From NCBI GenBank assembly GCA_963692995.1, contig OY843611.1, positions 422,748 through 486,747 on the forward strand: a DNA stretch of 64,000 nucleotides. Reading direction: 5' to 3'. Under the pieces are notes generated by a model, which was not told where the DNA came from, did no database searches, and was given only the letters and a program-made list of their open reading frames with translations. Source of the DNA: Dehalococcoidia bacterium. Its GTDB lineage: Bacteria; Chloroflexota; Dehalococcoidia; Lucifugimonadales; UBA3495. Below, in pieces: positions 53,511 through 63,617 of the stretch. Each line of letters starts with the position of its first letter. Within the stretch, counting starts at the first letter, position 1. A program made the translations under genes and the position numbers.

Positions 53511-54482
53511 TCATTGGCGTTCAATGTCATAAAGGCAGCCGTTGCGTAGCAGCAGTATTTCTCCGGCGCGTTTCTTCGCCAGCCGCGCGCTCTCCGGGCT
53601 GATGTCAAACCCCATAAACTGCCGGCCCTCCTGTATCGCGGCCAGCACCGTAGTGCCGCTGCCGACGAAACAGTCCAGTACCAAGTCGTCCGGCTCGGTG
53701 AGCAACTTTATCATACGGCGGGGCAACTCTATGGGGAACTGCGATTCGTGGGCTTGATTGGAGCGCACCGACGGGATGTTCCACACGGCGCGGGAACCCC
53801 ATTCGGCCCATTCGCCGGCGTCCAGCCGCTCCCGATTCACTACGGTTATGCCCGGCTTCCAGAAAATCAGGATATGTTCAAACTCGTCAACGGCGCGGTA
53901 GGACAGGCTGTGCCAACGGCTGTTTTCCCAGCAGGGGTCTTTCACCCAGACCCGTCGGTCGTACAGGTAGAAGCCGGCGTCGGCGGCCCATTGCTCTACC
54001 AGGCCGGCGGTCAGCCGCACCCGTGTTTGCGGCGCGTACTTGCCCCCCCGCACGTTGTTGTTTTTCAGGCGGCGGTCAATAGTCTGTTCGCTACAGCCCA
54101 GCAGGGCGGCCAGCTGGTACTTATCGAAGCCGGGGTTGGCGCGTTGGGCGGCCAGCGCCTGCTCTCGCGTGATTTTCACTTTCTTGGCGCTGACGTTATC
54201 GGCTTGGATACGCGGCATATCCGGGTCGGCAAAGGCCAGAATGTCGGCGATATTCACGCCCAGAAAGCCGCCGGGCGCAATGACCGCAAAGTGGCCGGCA
54301 ATGGTTTCCCGCAACAAGTCCGACCACGCCGCAAAGTCCAGCCCGGCCTCGTAAGACTTGCCCACATAGTAGGGCGGCGACCAGAAGCTCAGCGCGACCG
54401 ATTGCGGTCGCGCCCTTTTCAGCAGCGCCCTGGCGTCGCCCTGGTAGATTTGGTCCGGCGACAGAAAATCCGATGCGGTCAT
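53511..54482 (-). CDS. beta-class DNA methyltransferase (SPPY; probable N4-cytosine) with internal HTH insert
   Basis: Motif IV SFWSPPYYVG lies N-terminal and motif I VLDCFVGSGTTVLAA C-terminal (beta order). The insert YQLAALLGCSEQTIDRRLK looks like an HTH. Confidence 0.8.
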   Translation of the reverse strand: MTASDFLSPDQIYQGDARALLKRARPQSVALSFWSPPYYVGKSYEAGLDFAAWSDLLRETIAGHFAVIAPGGFLGVNIADILAFADPDMPRIQADNVSAKKVKITREQALAAQRANPGFDKYQLAALLGCSEQTIDRRLKNNNVRGGKYAPQTRVRLTAGLVEQWAADAGFYLYDRRVWVKDPCWENSRWHSLSYRAVDEFEHILIFWKPGITVVNRERLDAGEWAEWGSRAVWNIPSVRSNQAHESQFPIELPRRMIKLLTEPDDLVLDCFVGSGTTVLAAIQEGRQFMGFDISPESARLAKKRAGEILLLRNGCLYDIERQ

Positions 54483-54495
54483 CGTCGCCCTACTC

Positions 54496-55701
54496 TTACG
54501 CCAGCACGCGATAGCGGTAGCTGGACTCCAGCAGGTCGCCCTCGGCGAAGCGAGTGAAGCGCAAGGGCGTCAGGTCAACGTCCCGGGCGCTGCCGTCGGC
54601 GATTAGTTCGGCCATGGCTTTGCCGATGGCCGGAGACAACTTGAAGCCGTGGCCGCTGAAACCCACCGCGCAGAACAGGCCATCCACACCGGGCACGGCG
54701 TCCAGTATGGGATGCCAGTCGGGGGTGGTGGTGAACAGGCCGGACCAGCCGCCGCGGTAGTAGCAGTTCGCCAGGCCCGGGATCCGGTGGCCCAGACGGG
54801 CCCGAGCCGATGCCGCCTCGGCAATGTCCACTCCCTGGGGATAAACGTCGGGATCCGGCTGCTCCGCGTCGTCTCCGAACCCCATGGTGGTGAAATTGGC
54901 GCCGTCGGGTCGGAAGGAGAAAGACTGGCTGATGTCCCCTACCGTAGGATGGTGCGGCACCACTTCGACCGAGCGAGCGACCGTGGCGACCTGGTGACGC
55001 ACGGGCAGCAGCGGTACGTCAACCCCGACGCCGGCCAGTAGCTGCTTTGACCAGGGGCCGGCCGCCACAATGGCGGTGTCGGTGGCGATGCGCTCGCCGT
55101 TCACGGTAGTGACGGTTTGGACGCGCCCGCCGTCCGTTGCGATGCTGGCAGCCGGGTTGCGCGTCACGATGCGGGCGCCGGCCTCCCGCGCGCGGGCCGC
55201 GTAAGCCGCGGTGACCTGATAGGGATCGGCATAGCCCGATTCCGGTTCCCAAGCCGCGCGTTCGTCATAGTGCAGGGCTACCATCGGAGCCAGGCGGGCC
55301 AAGTCGTCCCGGCTGACCACCGAGGTGGACACACCGAGTTCCTGCTGCATGGCGACGTTGCGCTCCAGGCCGCTCTGGTCAGCCTCGTTCACGACCACCA
55401 GATAGCCGGTATTCACAAAGCCCGACGTACCGCCCACCCGGGCGTCGAAATCGGCGAATACTTGCAGGCTGAGCCGGGCCAGTTGGGTGGTTATTCGGTT
55501 GGAATAGTGCATCCGGCAGATGGCTTGGGAACGGCCGGTGCTGCCGGAGCCGATTACATCCCGTTCCAGAAGGACGGTGTTGGTGATGCCCAGCTGCGCC
55601 AGGTTGTATTGGATGGCGCAACCCATGACGCCGCCGCCGATGATGACGGCGTCCACTGCTGTGGGTATCGGGTCGCTGGGCCGGATTTCCTGAACGGTCA
55701 T
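54496..55701 (-). CDS. FAD-dependent oxidoreductase (DAO family; sarcosine oxidase beta / glycine oxidase-like)
   Basis: VDAVIIGGGVMGCAIQYNLAQLG dinucleotide motif and a DAO-type body. ATG 55701 was chosen over TTG 55713. Confidence 0.85.
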   Translation of the reverse strand: MTVQEIRPSDPIPTAVDAVIIGGGVMGCAIQYNLAQLGITNTVLLERDVIGSGSTGRSQAICRMHYSNRITTQLARLSLQVFADFDARVGGTSGFVNTGYLVVVNEADQSGLERNVAMQQELGVSTSVVSRDDLARLAPMVALHYDERAAWEPESGYADPYQVTAAYAARAREAGARIVTRNPAASIATDGGRVQTVTTVNGERIATDTAIVAAGPWSKQLLAGVGVDVPLLPVRHQVATVARSVEVVPHHPTVGDISQSFSFRPDGANFTTMGFGDDAEQPDPDVYPQGVDIAEAASARARLGHRIPGLANCYYRGGWSGLFTTTPDWHPILDAVPGVDGLFCAVGFSGHGFKLSPAIGKAMAELIADGSARDVDLTPLRFTRFAEGDLLESSYRYRVLA

Positions 55702-55702
55702 G

Positions 55703-56125
55703 TTATTGGTCAATGCCTTTCCACGACAGGACGCGGTTCACGTCGATCTCAATGGCCACCAGCTTCTGGTCGCCCTGAGTCAAGTCGGCGGCGTCCTGTT
55801 CGCCTCTTTCATTGCCCTCGTAGCGGGAGAATATGCTGCGGACCGCTTCTTCTAGGTTGTCGCTGCGGACGGTGGCGTTGCCTTCGAGGATGACATACTG
55901 ATAAGGCCATTCGTCGGTGGCAACGGAGATGGCGACCTTGGGGTTGCGGCGCACGTTGCGGGTTTTGACGGACGAATCGCCGGAAACGACGGTGACGCGG
56001 CCGTCCGCCCACTGGTACCAAACGGGCGAAATGTGCGGAGCGCCATCTTTCCGGATGGACGCGAAGTGGGCCACGTGGGGGCCATCGAGATAGGCGTCAA
56101 TCTCCTGCGGCGTCAGTCGCGGCAT
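55703..56125 (-). CDS. pyridoxamine 5'-phosphate oxidase family (PPOX-class, possibly F420-dependent) protein
   Basis: HVAHFASIRKDGAPHISPVWYQWADGRVTVVS...KTRNVRRNPKVAISV is the PPOX split-barrel pattern. Confidence 0.8.
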   Translation of the reverse strand: MPRLTPQEIDAYLDGPHVAHFASIRKDGAPHISPVWYQWADGRVTVVSGDSSVKTRNVRRNPKVAISVATDEWPYQYVILEGNATVRSDNLEEAVRSIFSRYEGNERGEQDAADLTQGDQKLVAIEIDVNRVLSWKGIDQ

Positions 56126-56343
56126 CGTAACCTCATCCCTCCGGTAGTGATGGCGTCGATTAGTAATGGCGTAGATTGCCCTGTTGGGACACGATAATCA
56201 AGGCGAGGCTATCATATCATACCGGTGCGCCGGGCTTGGCCTGGGGTCTTTCGGTTCGTTCCGTCGTTGCGCCCGGACCGTCTTGGGGGTATCATTATTC
56301 GGTAACGCTCCTCAAGCAAGTCTCGACACAACCGGCGCATACC

Positions 56344-57498
56344 ATGTCGACCGATACCAACTCTGATAATCTTCGCACCGCCCTCTACCAGACCCACGTT
56401 GATCTGGGCGCCCGAATGGTGCCCTTCGGCGGCTGGGATATGCCGGTGCAATACCGGGGCGTCATCTCCGAGGTCGCAGCGGTTCGCGCTGACGCCGGCA
56501 TTTTTGACGTGTCGCACATGGGAAGGCTGCACATCGGTGGTCCCAACGCGGCCGGACTGCTGGACATCCTGCTTACCGGGTCTGCGTCATCGCTGCGGGC
56601 CGGCCGGGCTCGCTACTGTTTCGTCTGCAACGAACGGGGCGGCGTTATTGACGATACCATCTTCTACCGGCTGGCCGACGATGAGTTTCTGCTGATCCCC
56701 AACGCCGGCAACCGCGCGGCAGTGGCGCTCTGGTTTGACCGCCAGCTGGCGCATCACTTCGATGGCCGGGGCGTGCGGATTACCGACCGTACCATGCTTA
56801 CCGGCTTGATTGCGTTGCAGGGGCCCGCCGCCGCCGGCGTAGTGGATCGGTTGTGCGAGGATTTCGCGCCGGGCGCGCGACTGCCTCGGAACCCCGGGCG
56901 AACCCCGGTTCCGTCGCTGCTGCGTCCTTTCGCCTGGGGACGGGGGCACATCGACGGACGGCGGGTGTTCATCGGACGCACCGGCTATACCGGCGAGGAC
57001 GGGTTCGAGCTGGCGATGGGTTCGTCCGATATAGCTCCCGTCTGGCAGAAGCTATACGAAGCCGGCGCCACTCCCTGCGGGCTGGGAGCGCGGGATGTCC
57101 TGCGTTTGGAGGCCGGCCTGCCGCTGCACGGACACGAACTGACGGACACGATCACGCCCATTGAGGCCGGCCAGGACCGCTTCGTCCGACGGGACGGCGG
57201 CTACAACGGCGCCGACGTACTGGATCATCAGCGGGTGTACGGCGCCAGGCGGCGGCTGGTGGGTCTAACTCTGCCCGGCCGCAGCGCGCCGCGAGCCGGC
57301 TACGACGTGCTGGCCGATGGCGAGGCGGTGGGCGTCGTCAGCAGCGGCACCTACTCGCCCACGCTGGAGCGCTGTATCGCCATGGCCTTTGTGGATACGG
57401 CCCACACTGCCCCCGGTACGACCCTCACGGTGGATATTCGAGGGCGGCTGGCGGAGGCGTCCATTGTGGAACTCCCCTTCTATCAGCGTTCAGGCTAA
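56344..57498 (+). CDS. gcvT: glycine cleavage system aminomethyltransferase T
   Basis: Start at ATG 56344. [27 protein letters not shown] and [13 protein letters not shown]. Confidence 0.92.
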   Translation: MSTDTNSDNLRTALYQTHVDLGARMVPFGGWDMPVQYRGVISEVAAVRADAGIFDVSHMGRLHIGGPNAAGLLDILLTGSASSLRAGRARYCFVCNERGGVIDDTIFYRLADDEFLLIPNAGNRAAVALWFDRQLAHHFDGRGVRITDRTMLTGLIALQGPAAAGVVDRLCEDFAPGARLPRNPGRTPVPSLLRPFAWGRGHIDGRRVFIGRTGYTGEDGFELAMGSSDIAPVWQKLYEAGATPCGLGARDVLRLEAGLPLHGHELTDTITPIEAGQDRFVRRDGGYNGADVLDHQRVYGARRRLVGLTLPGRSAPRAGYDVLADGEAVGVVSSGTYSPTLERCIAMAFVDTAHTAPGTTLTVDIRGRLAEASIVELPFYQRSG

Positions 57499-57552
57499 CG
57501 TGGTGCAACTGACTAACGCGCCGACCGCAATCATTCGGAGGTATCAGTAAAG

Positions 57553-57942
57553 GTGAATCCCGATGACCGCAAATACACCCGGGAACATGAGTGGGCGCTG
57601 TTGGAGCCGGCCGGCGCCGGCACGGTGCTGGTGGGCATTACCCACTACGCCCAGGACCAGTTAGGCGACGTGGTGTACCTGGAACTGCCAACCGTAGGCG
57701 CCACCGTAGGATATTTGGCGAAGATGGGCGAGATTGAATCGGTGAAGGCCGTTTCGGATCTCTATTCCCCGGTGAGCGGCGCGGTCACCGAAGTCAACGG
57801 ACGCCTGGCCCACGAACCGGAGCTGGTGAATAATGACCCCTTCGGCGAGGGATGGATGATGCGCGTCCGCATCACCGACCCCGGCGAGCTGGATGGGTTG
57901 ATGGATGCCGCCGCCTATGGCGAATACGTGGGACAGTTGTAG
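57553..57942 (+). CDS. gcvH: glycine cleavage system H protein
   Basis: YTREHEW...GITHYAQDQLGDVVYLELP...GEIESVKAVSDLYSPVSG (lipoyl-lysine motif). Confidence 0.92.
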   Translation: MNPDDRKYTREHEWALLEPAGAGTVLVGITHYAQDQLGDVVYLELPTVGATVGYLAKMGEIESVKAVSDLYSPVSGAVTEVNGRLAHEPELVNNDPFGEGWMMRVRITDPGELDGLMDAAAYGEYVGQL

Positions 57943-57974
57943 TCGGGGCGGATACCAGGCAGAGCGGACAATTT

Positions 57975-58096
57975 GCGTCATTCCCGCGTTGACGTTTCTC
58001 GTCATTCCCGCGAAAGCGGGAATCCAGAATCGCCTGCTGTCGCAGAACGATTGGGTTATGGAAACGTCTGGACTCCTGCTTTTTCAGGAATGACGG
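57975..58096 (+). repeat. composite hairpin repeat, variant copy
   Basis: Partial unit GCGTCATTCCCGCG, full unit CGTCATTCCCGCGAAAGCGGGAATCC (58000-58025), and inverted arm GACTCCTGCTTTTTCAGGAATGACG (58071-58095). Confidence 0.7.
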
Positions 58097-58115
58097 AATA
58101 ATCTGACGACACGTC

Positions 58116-59783
58116 CTAGTCAACCCGGTAGAAATCCCCTCCGCCGGTCCAGCGGATCCGCAACGCCCGACCGCCGACCACTGCGTCGAAGCGCAACCGC
58201 TCGGCGCTTGGTTCGTCCGCTGGCCCGATTTTGAACCAGCCGGACAGTTTGTCGTCGGGGTTCTGAGGGATAAGATCCTCCTCGCCGCCGTGAGGCCAGG
58301 CGAGGCGCAGGCGTCCGCGGCGCAGGATGACGCGAAAGGTGGTGAGGTAGGGCGCGTGGCTGCGGTATTGGCCGGGGAATGCTGACCATTCCTGCGGATG
58401 TGGCGCGGTGGCTTCGCTAGGCTCACTGCCCGCTCGCACATACACGTCCGGGCCGTGACGTACTTCGAGCACGGGGCCGTCAGCATCGGCATCGGCGGAA
58501 CGGAACCGCAGCGGGAAGGGGTCGAACGCATCGTGGGGCGCGCAGAATACGTCGCCTGCGATATGCTCCAGATGGCAGCTACGCGCACCGGCGTCCCAAC
58601 GCAGCCCATTGCCGGAAGTCCGAATCGATAAGCGCCGACCGCTGACGGCGTCCTGATATGTTCCCGCGTAACGGTCAGCGTTGGCGATGCGCGTAGGGTC
58701 GGGAACCTCGGGAGGCTCCGGCACGGGATGCTTGTCGCGTAGCGCCGCGGCGACCCGTAGCGCGTAACGCGCCGGAGAATAAGTATCGACGCCGACTCCG
58801 TTGCAGAGGATAACGACCCCTAATCCATCCGTCTGGTCGGTGAGCATGATGGACCGGAAACCCACGGTGCCGCCGCCGTGGCCGATAAAACGATGGCCGT
58901 CGGCGTGGTGACGGATTAGGCCGAAACCGTATCCGTAATCGTGCTGGTAGTCGCTGCCCCGGCGCACATCGATTGCCGGGGTAGTCATGCGGTCGAATGA
59001 AGCCGGGGATACGATGGCGTGAATACCGCTCCGTCCACCGTTCAACCAGAGGCGGGTATATCGGGCCATGTCTTCAGCGGTGGACGCCTGGCTGCCGTCC
59101 CCCACTGCGTATTCGGACCAGTCGCCCGGAACGAGCGGGTCTCCCCACCGGTGCGGCCGGTCGTCGTGCAACGGCACGTATCCGGTCGCCATCGGGCGAC
59201 GACTGCTATGCGTGATCACCGGATCCGTGGCGGCCATGCCTAAAGGTTCCAGTACCCGTCGGCGGATGACTTCGCCGTAGGGAAGCCCGGTTACGTCCTC
59301 CAGCAACCACCCCAGCAGCTTGTAGCCGGTGTTGGAGTAATGAAATCGGGAGCCGGGTTCCCAGGCTGCCTCAGCCTCGCGCAGGGCGTACCCTTCGTAA
59401 CGAGCGGCCGGCGTGAAATCCGTTCCGGCCGGCAGGCCGGCAGTATGGCTGAGCACGTGTTTGAGGGCGATGGGCCCATGCCGGGACGGTATCGCAAACC
59501 AGGGAAGGCGAGCGCTCAACGGCGCGTCCAGGTCTAAACGACCCTCCTGGACCAGTTGCAGCAACGCCAATGCGGTCATCGACTTGCCGATGCTGCCGAT
59601 CTGGAAGGTGGTGTCGGCCCGCACCGGCTGGCGAGCGGCGGCATCGCCATAACCCAGCGAGGCCGCGTAAAGGGTCTGCTGGCGATCGGTCACCGAAATC
59701 GCCAACCCGGGAGACGGAACCGCGGCCAGCCAGTCCCGCAGGTATGCCGTCAGCGCAGAGAAGTCGGTCGGAAAGGCGGCCAT
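58116..59783 (-). CDS. serine hydrolase (beta-lactamase/class C esterase family)
   Basis: FQIGSIGKSMTALAL carries the SxxK motif, with YSNTGY downstream. ATG 59783 was chosen (5 nt after the upstream stop) over TTG 59810. Confidence 0.85.
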   Translation of the reverse strand: MAAFPTDFSALTAYLRDWLAAVPSPGLAISVTDRQQTLYAASLGYGDAAARQPVRADTTFQIGSIGKSMTALALLQLVQEGRLDLDAPLSARLPWFAIPSRHGPIALKHVLSHTAGLPAGTDFTPAARYEGYALREAEAAWEPGSRFHYSNTGYKLLGWLLEDVTGLPYGEVIRRRVLEPLGMAATDPVITHSSRRPMATGYVPLHDDRPHRWGDPLVPGDWSEYAVGDGSQASTAEDMARYTRLWLNGGRSGIHAIVSPASFDRMTTPAIDVRRGSDYQHDYGYGFGLIRHHADGHRFIGHGGGTVGFRSIMLTDQTDGLGVVILCNGVGVDTYSPARYALRVAAALRDKHPVPEPPEVPDPTRIANADRYAGTYQDAVSGRRLSIRTSGNGLRWDAGARSCHLEHIAGDVFCAPHDAFDPFPLRFRSADADADGPVLEVRHGPDVYVRAGSEPSEATAPHPQEWSAFPGQYRSHAPYLTTFRVILRRGRLRLAWPHGGEEDLIPQNPDDKLSGWFKIGPADEPSAERLRFDAVVGGRALRIRWTGGGDFYRVD

Positions 59784-59788
59784 CGGGT

Positions 59789-60466
59789 TCAGCCTAACAG
59801 GTGTCGCCAAAGGAAAGCGAGCGTTCGGCGCAATCCGGTATTGCGCACTTCCCGCACGGTTACGTAAATGTGACCGTGGGGTCCGCCATCAACGCCGGCG
59901 TTACCCTGACCGCGCAGCCGTAGGCGCCGGCCATCGGACATGCCGGCGGGTATGGTAGCGTTGAGTGTGAAGTCATGGCGGAGGCGTTGCGCTCCGGCGC
60001 ACCGCCAGCATTGCCCCACATCCAGCGTCTCCTCCGGTTCTTGACCCGTTCCGCGGCAACGGGGACAAGTTTCCAGGCGCACCACGGGAAATGTTTTGCG
60101 GCACCCGCGCCTGGCCTCGCGTCGGGTGATCAACACCGTGGCGGGAATGTCGTCGCCGCGCCGGGGTGAAAAGGGGCGGGAACTTGGTGGATCCACAGAG
60201 GCGGAACGACGCGGACGTTGCCGGCCCCGACTGTGGGCATCCACGCCGGTCGGGTCAGCCGTGCCGTAGATGTCGTAGTGGCGACGGCGCGTCGGATCGG
60301 ACAGCGTCGCATAGGCTTCATTGATTTCCTTCATCCGGGCCTCCGCTTCCGGGTTGGAGTTGAGGTCGGGATGGTACTGACGCGCCAAGCGTCGATAGGC
60401 GGCCCGGATTTCCTCCGCCGTTGCCGCCGCCGGCACTCCCAGGATGCTGTAACAGTCTCCGTTCAT
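59789..60466 (-). CDS. J-domain protein with zinc-finger segment (DnaJ-like, truncated)
   Basis: [31 protein letters not shown] (HPD motif), then CPRCRGTG...CWRCAG. Confidence 0.85.
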   Translation of the reverse strand: MNGDCYSILGVPAAATAEEIRAAYRRLARQYHPDLNSNPEAEARMKEINEAYATLSDPTRRRHYDIYGTADPTGVDAHSRGRQRPRRSASVDPPSSRPFSPRRGDDIPATVLITRREARRGCRKTFPVVRLETCPRCRGTGQEPEETLDVGQCWRCAGAQRLRHDFTLNATIPAGMSDGRRLRLRGQGNAGVDGGPHGHIYVTVREVRNTGLRRTLAFLWRHLLG

Positions 60467-60505
60467 GGTCAGCGAACTTGCAACACGCAGAATGGCGTTT
60501 TCGGT

Positions 60506-60534
60506 TTGCTAATTGCCGCTATCAGTGATATTCT
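60506..60534 (+). promoter_or_regulatory. sigma70-like promoter for tRNA-Pro
   Basis: TTGCTA, a 17-nt spacer, then TATTCT, ending 13 nt before the tRNA 5' end. Confidence 0.45.
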
Positions 60535-60547
60535 AGTGATGTCGGGG

Positions 60548-60624
60548 CGGGGCGTAGCGCAGCCTGGTAGCGCACCTGCATGGGGTGCAGGGGGTCGCCA
60601 GTTCGAATCTGGCCGCCCCGACCA
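60548..60624 (+). tRNA. tRNA-Pro (anticodon GGG)
   Basis: Cloverleaf folded by hand. Acceptor CGGGGCG/CGCCCCG. D-arm GCGC-AGCCUGGUA-GCGC. Anticodon stem CCUGC/GCAGG with loop AU-GGG-GU (G37). T-arm GCCAG-UUCGAAU-CUGGC. Encoded ACCA tail. Confidence 0.92.
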
Positions 60625-60638
60625 TCTTCAGCCAAAAT

Positions 60639-60664
60639 GAGGGCGTCTTGCAAAAGGCGCCCTC
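60639..60664. terminator. hairpin between tRNA and convergent SDR gene
   Basis: GAGGGCGTC / GGCGCCCTC stem with an 8-nt loop. Confidence 0.45.
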
Positions 60665-60669
60665 GCGCT

Positions 60670-61434
60670 TTACATCGCGGTTCGTCCGCCATCCACCACG
60701 ACCTCGCTGCCGGTGACGAATGCCGCCTCATCCGATGCCAGGTAGATGACGGCGTAGGCGATGTCCTCCGACCGTCCGATGCGGCCTAGGGGCACACGTC
60801 GCATCTGTTCCGCATCGCTGAGGCCGCTGCCCCGGTTGGCTCGGGATTCGCGCAGCATCGGGGTGTCGATGGGGCCGGGGTGGACCGAGTTGCACCGGAT
60901 GCCCTCAGCGGCGTGCTGAATGGCGGTGGACTTGGTGAACAGCCGCACCGCGCCCTTGCTGCTGCTGTAGCCGGCCAGGTTGTAGTCGTTGCCCACCAAC
61001 CCGGCGGTGGAAGATATGTTGACGATGCTCCCGCCGCCCGCCGCCCGCAAGGCGGGCAGACTAGCCTTGGTGCCGAGAAACACGCCCTTGGCGTTCACAT
61101 CAAACAGCCGGTCCCATTCCGCAACGGTCATCTCCTCGATGCTGCGGCCCAGGACGATGCCGGCATTGTTGACCAGGACGTTCAGCTTGCCGTACTCGGA
61201 TACGGCGGCATTGACGGCGGACTGCCAGTCGTCTTCGTTGGTGACGTCCAGGTGAACATAGGTGGCCTGGCCGCCCAACTCCCGGATTTCGGCCTCAACG
61301 CGGCGGCCTTCGTCATCCAGAATGTCGCCAAAGACGACGGACGCGCCTTCCGCGGCGAACATTCGGGCTTCCACCGCGCCCTGTCCCCGGGCGCCGCCAC
61401 TGATCAAAGCAACCTTGCCGTCCAACCTGCCCAT
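60670..61434 (-). CDS. SDR family oxidoreductase
   Basis: MGRLDGKVALISGGARGQGAVEARMF. C-terminus FVTGSEVVVDGGRTAM. Paralog of the SDRs at 28.6 and 34.0 kb. Confidence 0.9.
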   Translation of the reverse strand: MGRLDGKVALISGGARGQGAVEARMFAAEGASVVFGDILDDEGRRVEAEIRELGGQATYVHLDVTNEDDWQSAVNAAVSEYGKLNVLVNNAGIVLGRSIEEMTVAEWDRLFDVNAKGVFLGTKASLPALRAAGGGSIVNISSTAGLVGNDYNLAGYSSSKGAVRLFTKSTAIQHAAEGIRCNSVHPGPIDTPMLRESRANRGSGLSDAEQMRRVPLGRIGRSEDIAYAVIYLASDEAAFVTGSEVVVDGGRTAM

Positions 61435-61496
61435 GATGATGCCTCCTGGTGTAACCGCCAGCCCGCCAAAATAACGTGCCGGGATAAAGCGGAAGT

Positions 61497-62405
61497 TTAT
61501 CCGATGATAACTTCTTTGAACTCGCGAATGGCGTTGATGTGAGCGTCTGGAGTGGTCAGGTTAGCCGACATGGTGTTGACGGAAAAGTGGGATGCCCCCA
61601 AGCTACGCCACTCCTCGGCGCGGGCCTGCCAAAACTCCGGGTCGCCGTCGGAATAGTTAACGCGGGGTTCCATGCCGATGGCGTTCGGATCACGGCCGGC
61701 GGCGGTGGCGGCGGCCCGAACTTTGGCGATAGCCGTGGCCGCTTGCGGGTCGTGGGATTGGAACTGGGGAAACCAGCCATCGGCGCAGCGTCCCACCCGG
61801 TTCAGTACCCGATCGGCGGGAATAGGCCCCCGGGCCCGGCTGCCGGCGCCCATCCATAGTGGGATGGGTCGCTGGATGGGCAGCGGGTTGATGCCGGCGT
61901 TGGTGACGTTGTGATAAGAGCCGTGGAAGTCAACCACCTCTTCCGTCCAGAGACGGCGCAGCAGTTCCAGCTGTTCTTCGGCCCGGCGGCCCCGAGTGGT
62001 GAAATCCTCGCCCAGGGCCTCGTACTCCACCGGGTTCCAGCCGATGCCGACGCCCAGGCGCAGCCGGCCGCCGCTGAGCACGTCCACCTCGGCGGCCTGC
62101 TTGGCTACCAGCGCGGTCTGCCGCTGGCCGAGGATGACAATTGCGGACACCAATTCCACGTTGCTGGTCAGGGCGGCCATGTAGCCAAAGACGACGAATA
62201 TCTCGTGGAACATGCTGTCCTTGGTATAGCTGCCCGTCCAGGGCTGATGATAGGCAGTATCCGCGCCCAGCACGTGGTCATAGGCGATGATGTGGGCATA
62301 TCCCAATTGCTCCGCAGCTTGAACATAGTCCCGCACTGCAATGGGGTCGGAACCGATCTCAGTTTGGGGGAATACAACGCCTATCCGCATCTGCTGGTTG
62401 GGCAT
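61497..62405 (-). CDS. LLM-class F420-dependent oxidoreductase
   Basis: MRIGVVFPQTEIGSDP...GYAHIIAYDHVLG...RLRLGVGIGWNPVEYEALG is typical of the F420-dependent LLM subgroup. Confidence 0.85.
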   Translation of the reverse strand: MPNQQMRIGVVFPQTEIGSDPIAVRDYVQAAEQLGYAHIIAYDHVLGADTAYHQPWTGSYTKDSMFHEIFVVFGYMAALTSNVELVSAIVILGQRQTALVAKQAAEVDVLSGGRLRLGVGIGWNPVEYEALGEDFTTRGRRAEEQLELLRRLWTEEVVDFHGSYHNVTNAGINPLPIQRPIPLWMGAGSRARGPIPADRVLNRVGRCADGWFPQFQSHDPQAATAIAKVRAAATAAGRDPNAIGMEPRVNYSDGDPEFWQARAEEWRSLGASHFSVNTMSANLTTPDAHINAIREFKEVIIG

Positions 62406-62519
62406 GGCTAAACTCCTGGTGGGCGATGGTTCGTTGACGCGGAGGCGATTTCACCCGGCGCGCCGACAATTTTACCCCGCGCGCAAACGCGGGGGCAAAC
62501 TCAAATTGCCGCGCCCATA

Positions 62520-62714
62520 CTACCCCGTCGCCCACACCAGGTTCCAGATGAGAAAGAATGCGATCACCGCGGCCCAACCAAGGAGCATGGTGATGCGATA
62601 GAGTCGGGTGAACCAGGGATGTTCCCAAACGGGCAAACGGCGCTCCCTGGCCCAGCGGGTTTCAGCCGCGCCGCCGGCCCAGACCCAGCGCCCGAATTTT
62701 CTCACCAACATCAT
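62520..62714 (-). CDS. possible small membrane protein
   Basis: 64 aa with one C-terminal hydrophobic helix (ITMLLGWAAVIAFFLIWNLVW). No domain recognised. Confidence 0.3.
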   Translation of the reverse strand: MMLVRKFGRWVWAGGAAETRWARERRLPVWEHPWFTRLYRITMLLGWAAVIAFFLIWNLVWATG

Positions 62715-62727
62715 TTGGAAGCCTTTT

Positions 62728-62823
62728 CGTCCGCGACGGGATTGCCCCGTTTCGCTGGCAACGCCTTTCCGGGTTCCTGCTTGCGCCGGAACGACGGTGT
62801 GATTGCCAGTTTTTAAACAGGCC

Positions 62824-62826
<3 letters not shown>
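62728..62826 (+). repeat. composite hairpin repeat, copy 3 (left arm degenerate)
   Basis: The right half GGGTTCCTGCTTGCGCCGGAACGACGGTGTGATTGCCAGTTTTTAAACAGGCCCTA is nearly identical to the 4.1-kb and 44.1-kb copies. The left arm is decayed to CGTCCGCGACGGGATTGCC. Confidence 0.7.
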
Positions 62827-63582
<756 letters not shown>

Positions 63583-63617
63583 AGTGTGCTCCGTTGCGTT
63601 AGTGGCGGCGGCCGGCG

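Noticed and set aside
53288-53608. 106-aa minus-strand ORF downstream of the SPPY methyltransferase, as a possible nuclease or controller partner
   Set aside because: It overlaps the methyltransferase 3' end. It has no PD-(D/E)xK, HNH or HTH motif and no SD. The region must also hold the gcvPA promoter. Not supportable as a gene.
56126-56343. Glycine riboswitch upstream of gcvT (also checked 53177-53510 upstream of gcvPA)
   Set aside because: I looked for the conserved GGAGAG ... C(A/G)CCGAAGGGGCAA ... CUCAGGCAAAAGGAC elements on the sense strand and found none. An Infernal scan would be needed for a definitive negative.
60548-61500. Integrated element at tRNA-Pro
   Set aside because: There is no integrase, no repeat of the tRNA 3' end downstream, and the neighbouring genes (SDR, LLM) look native in composition.
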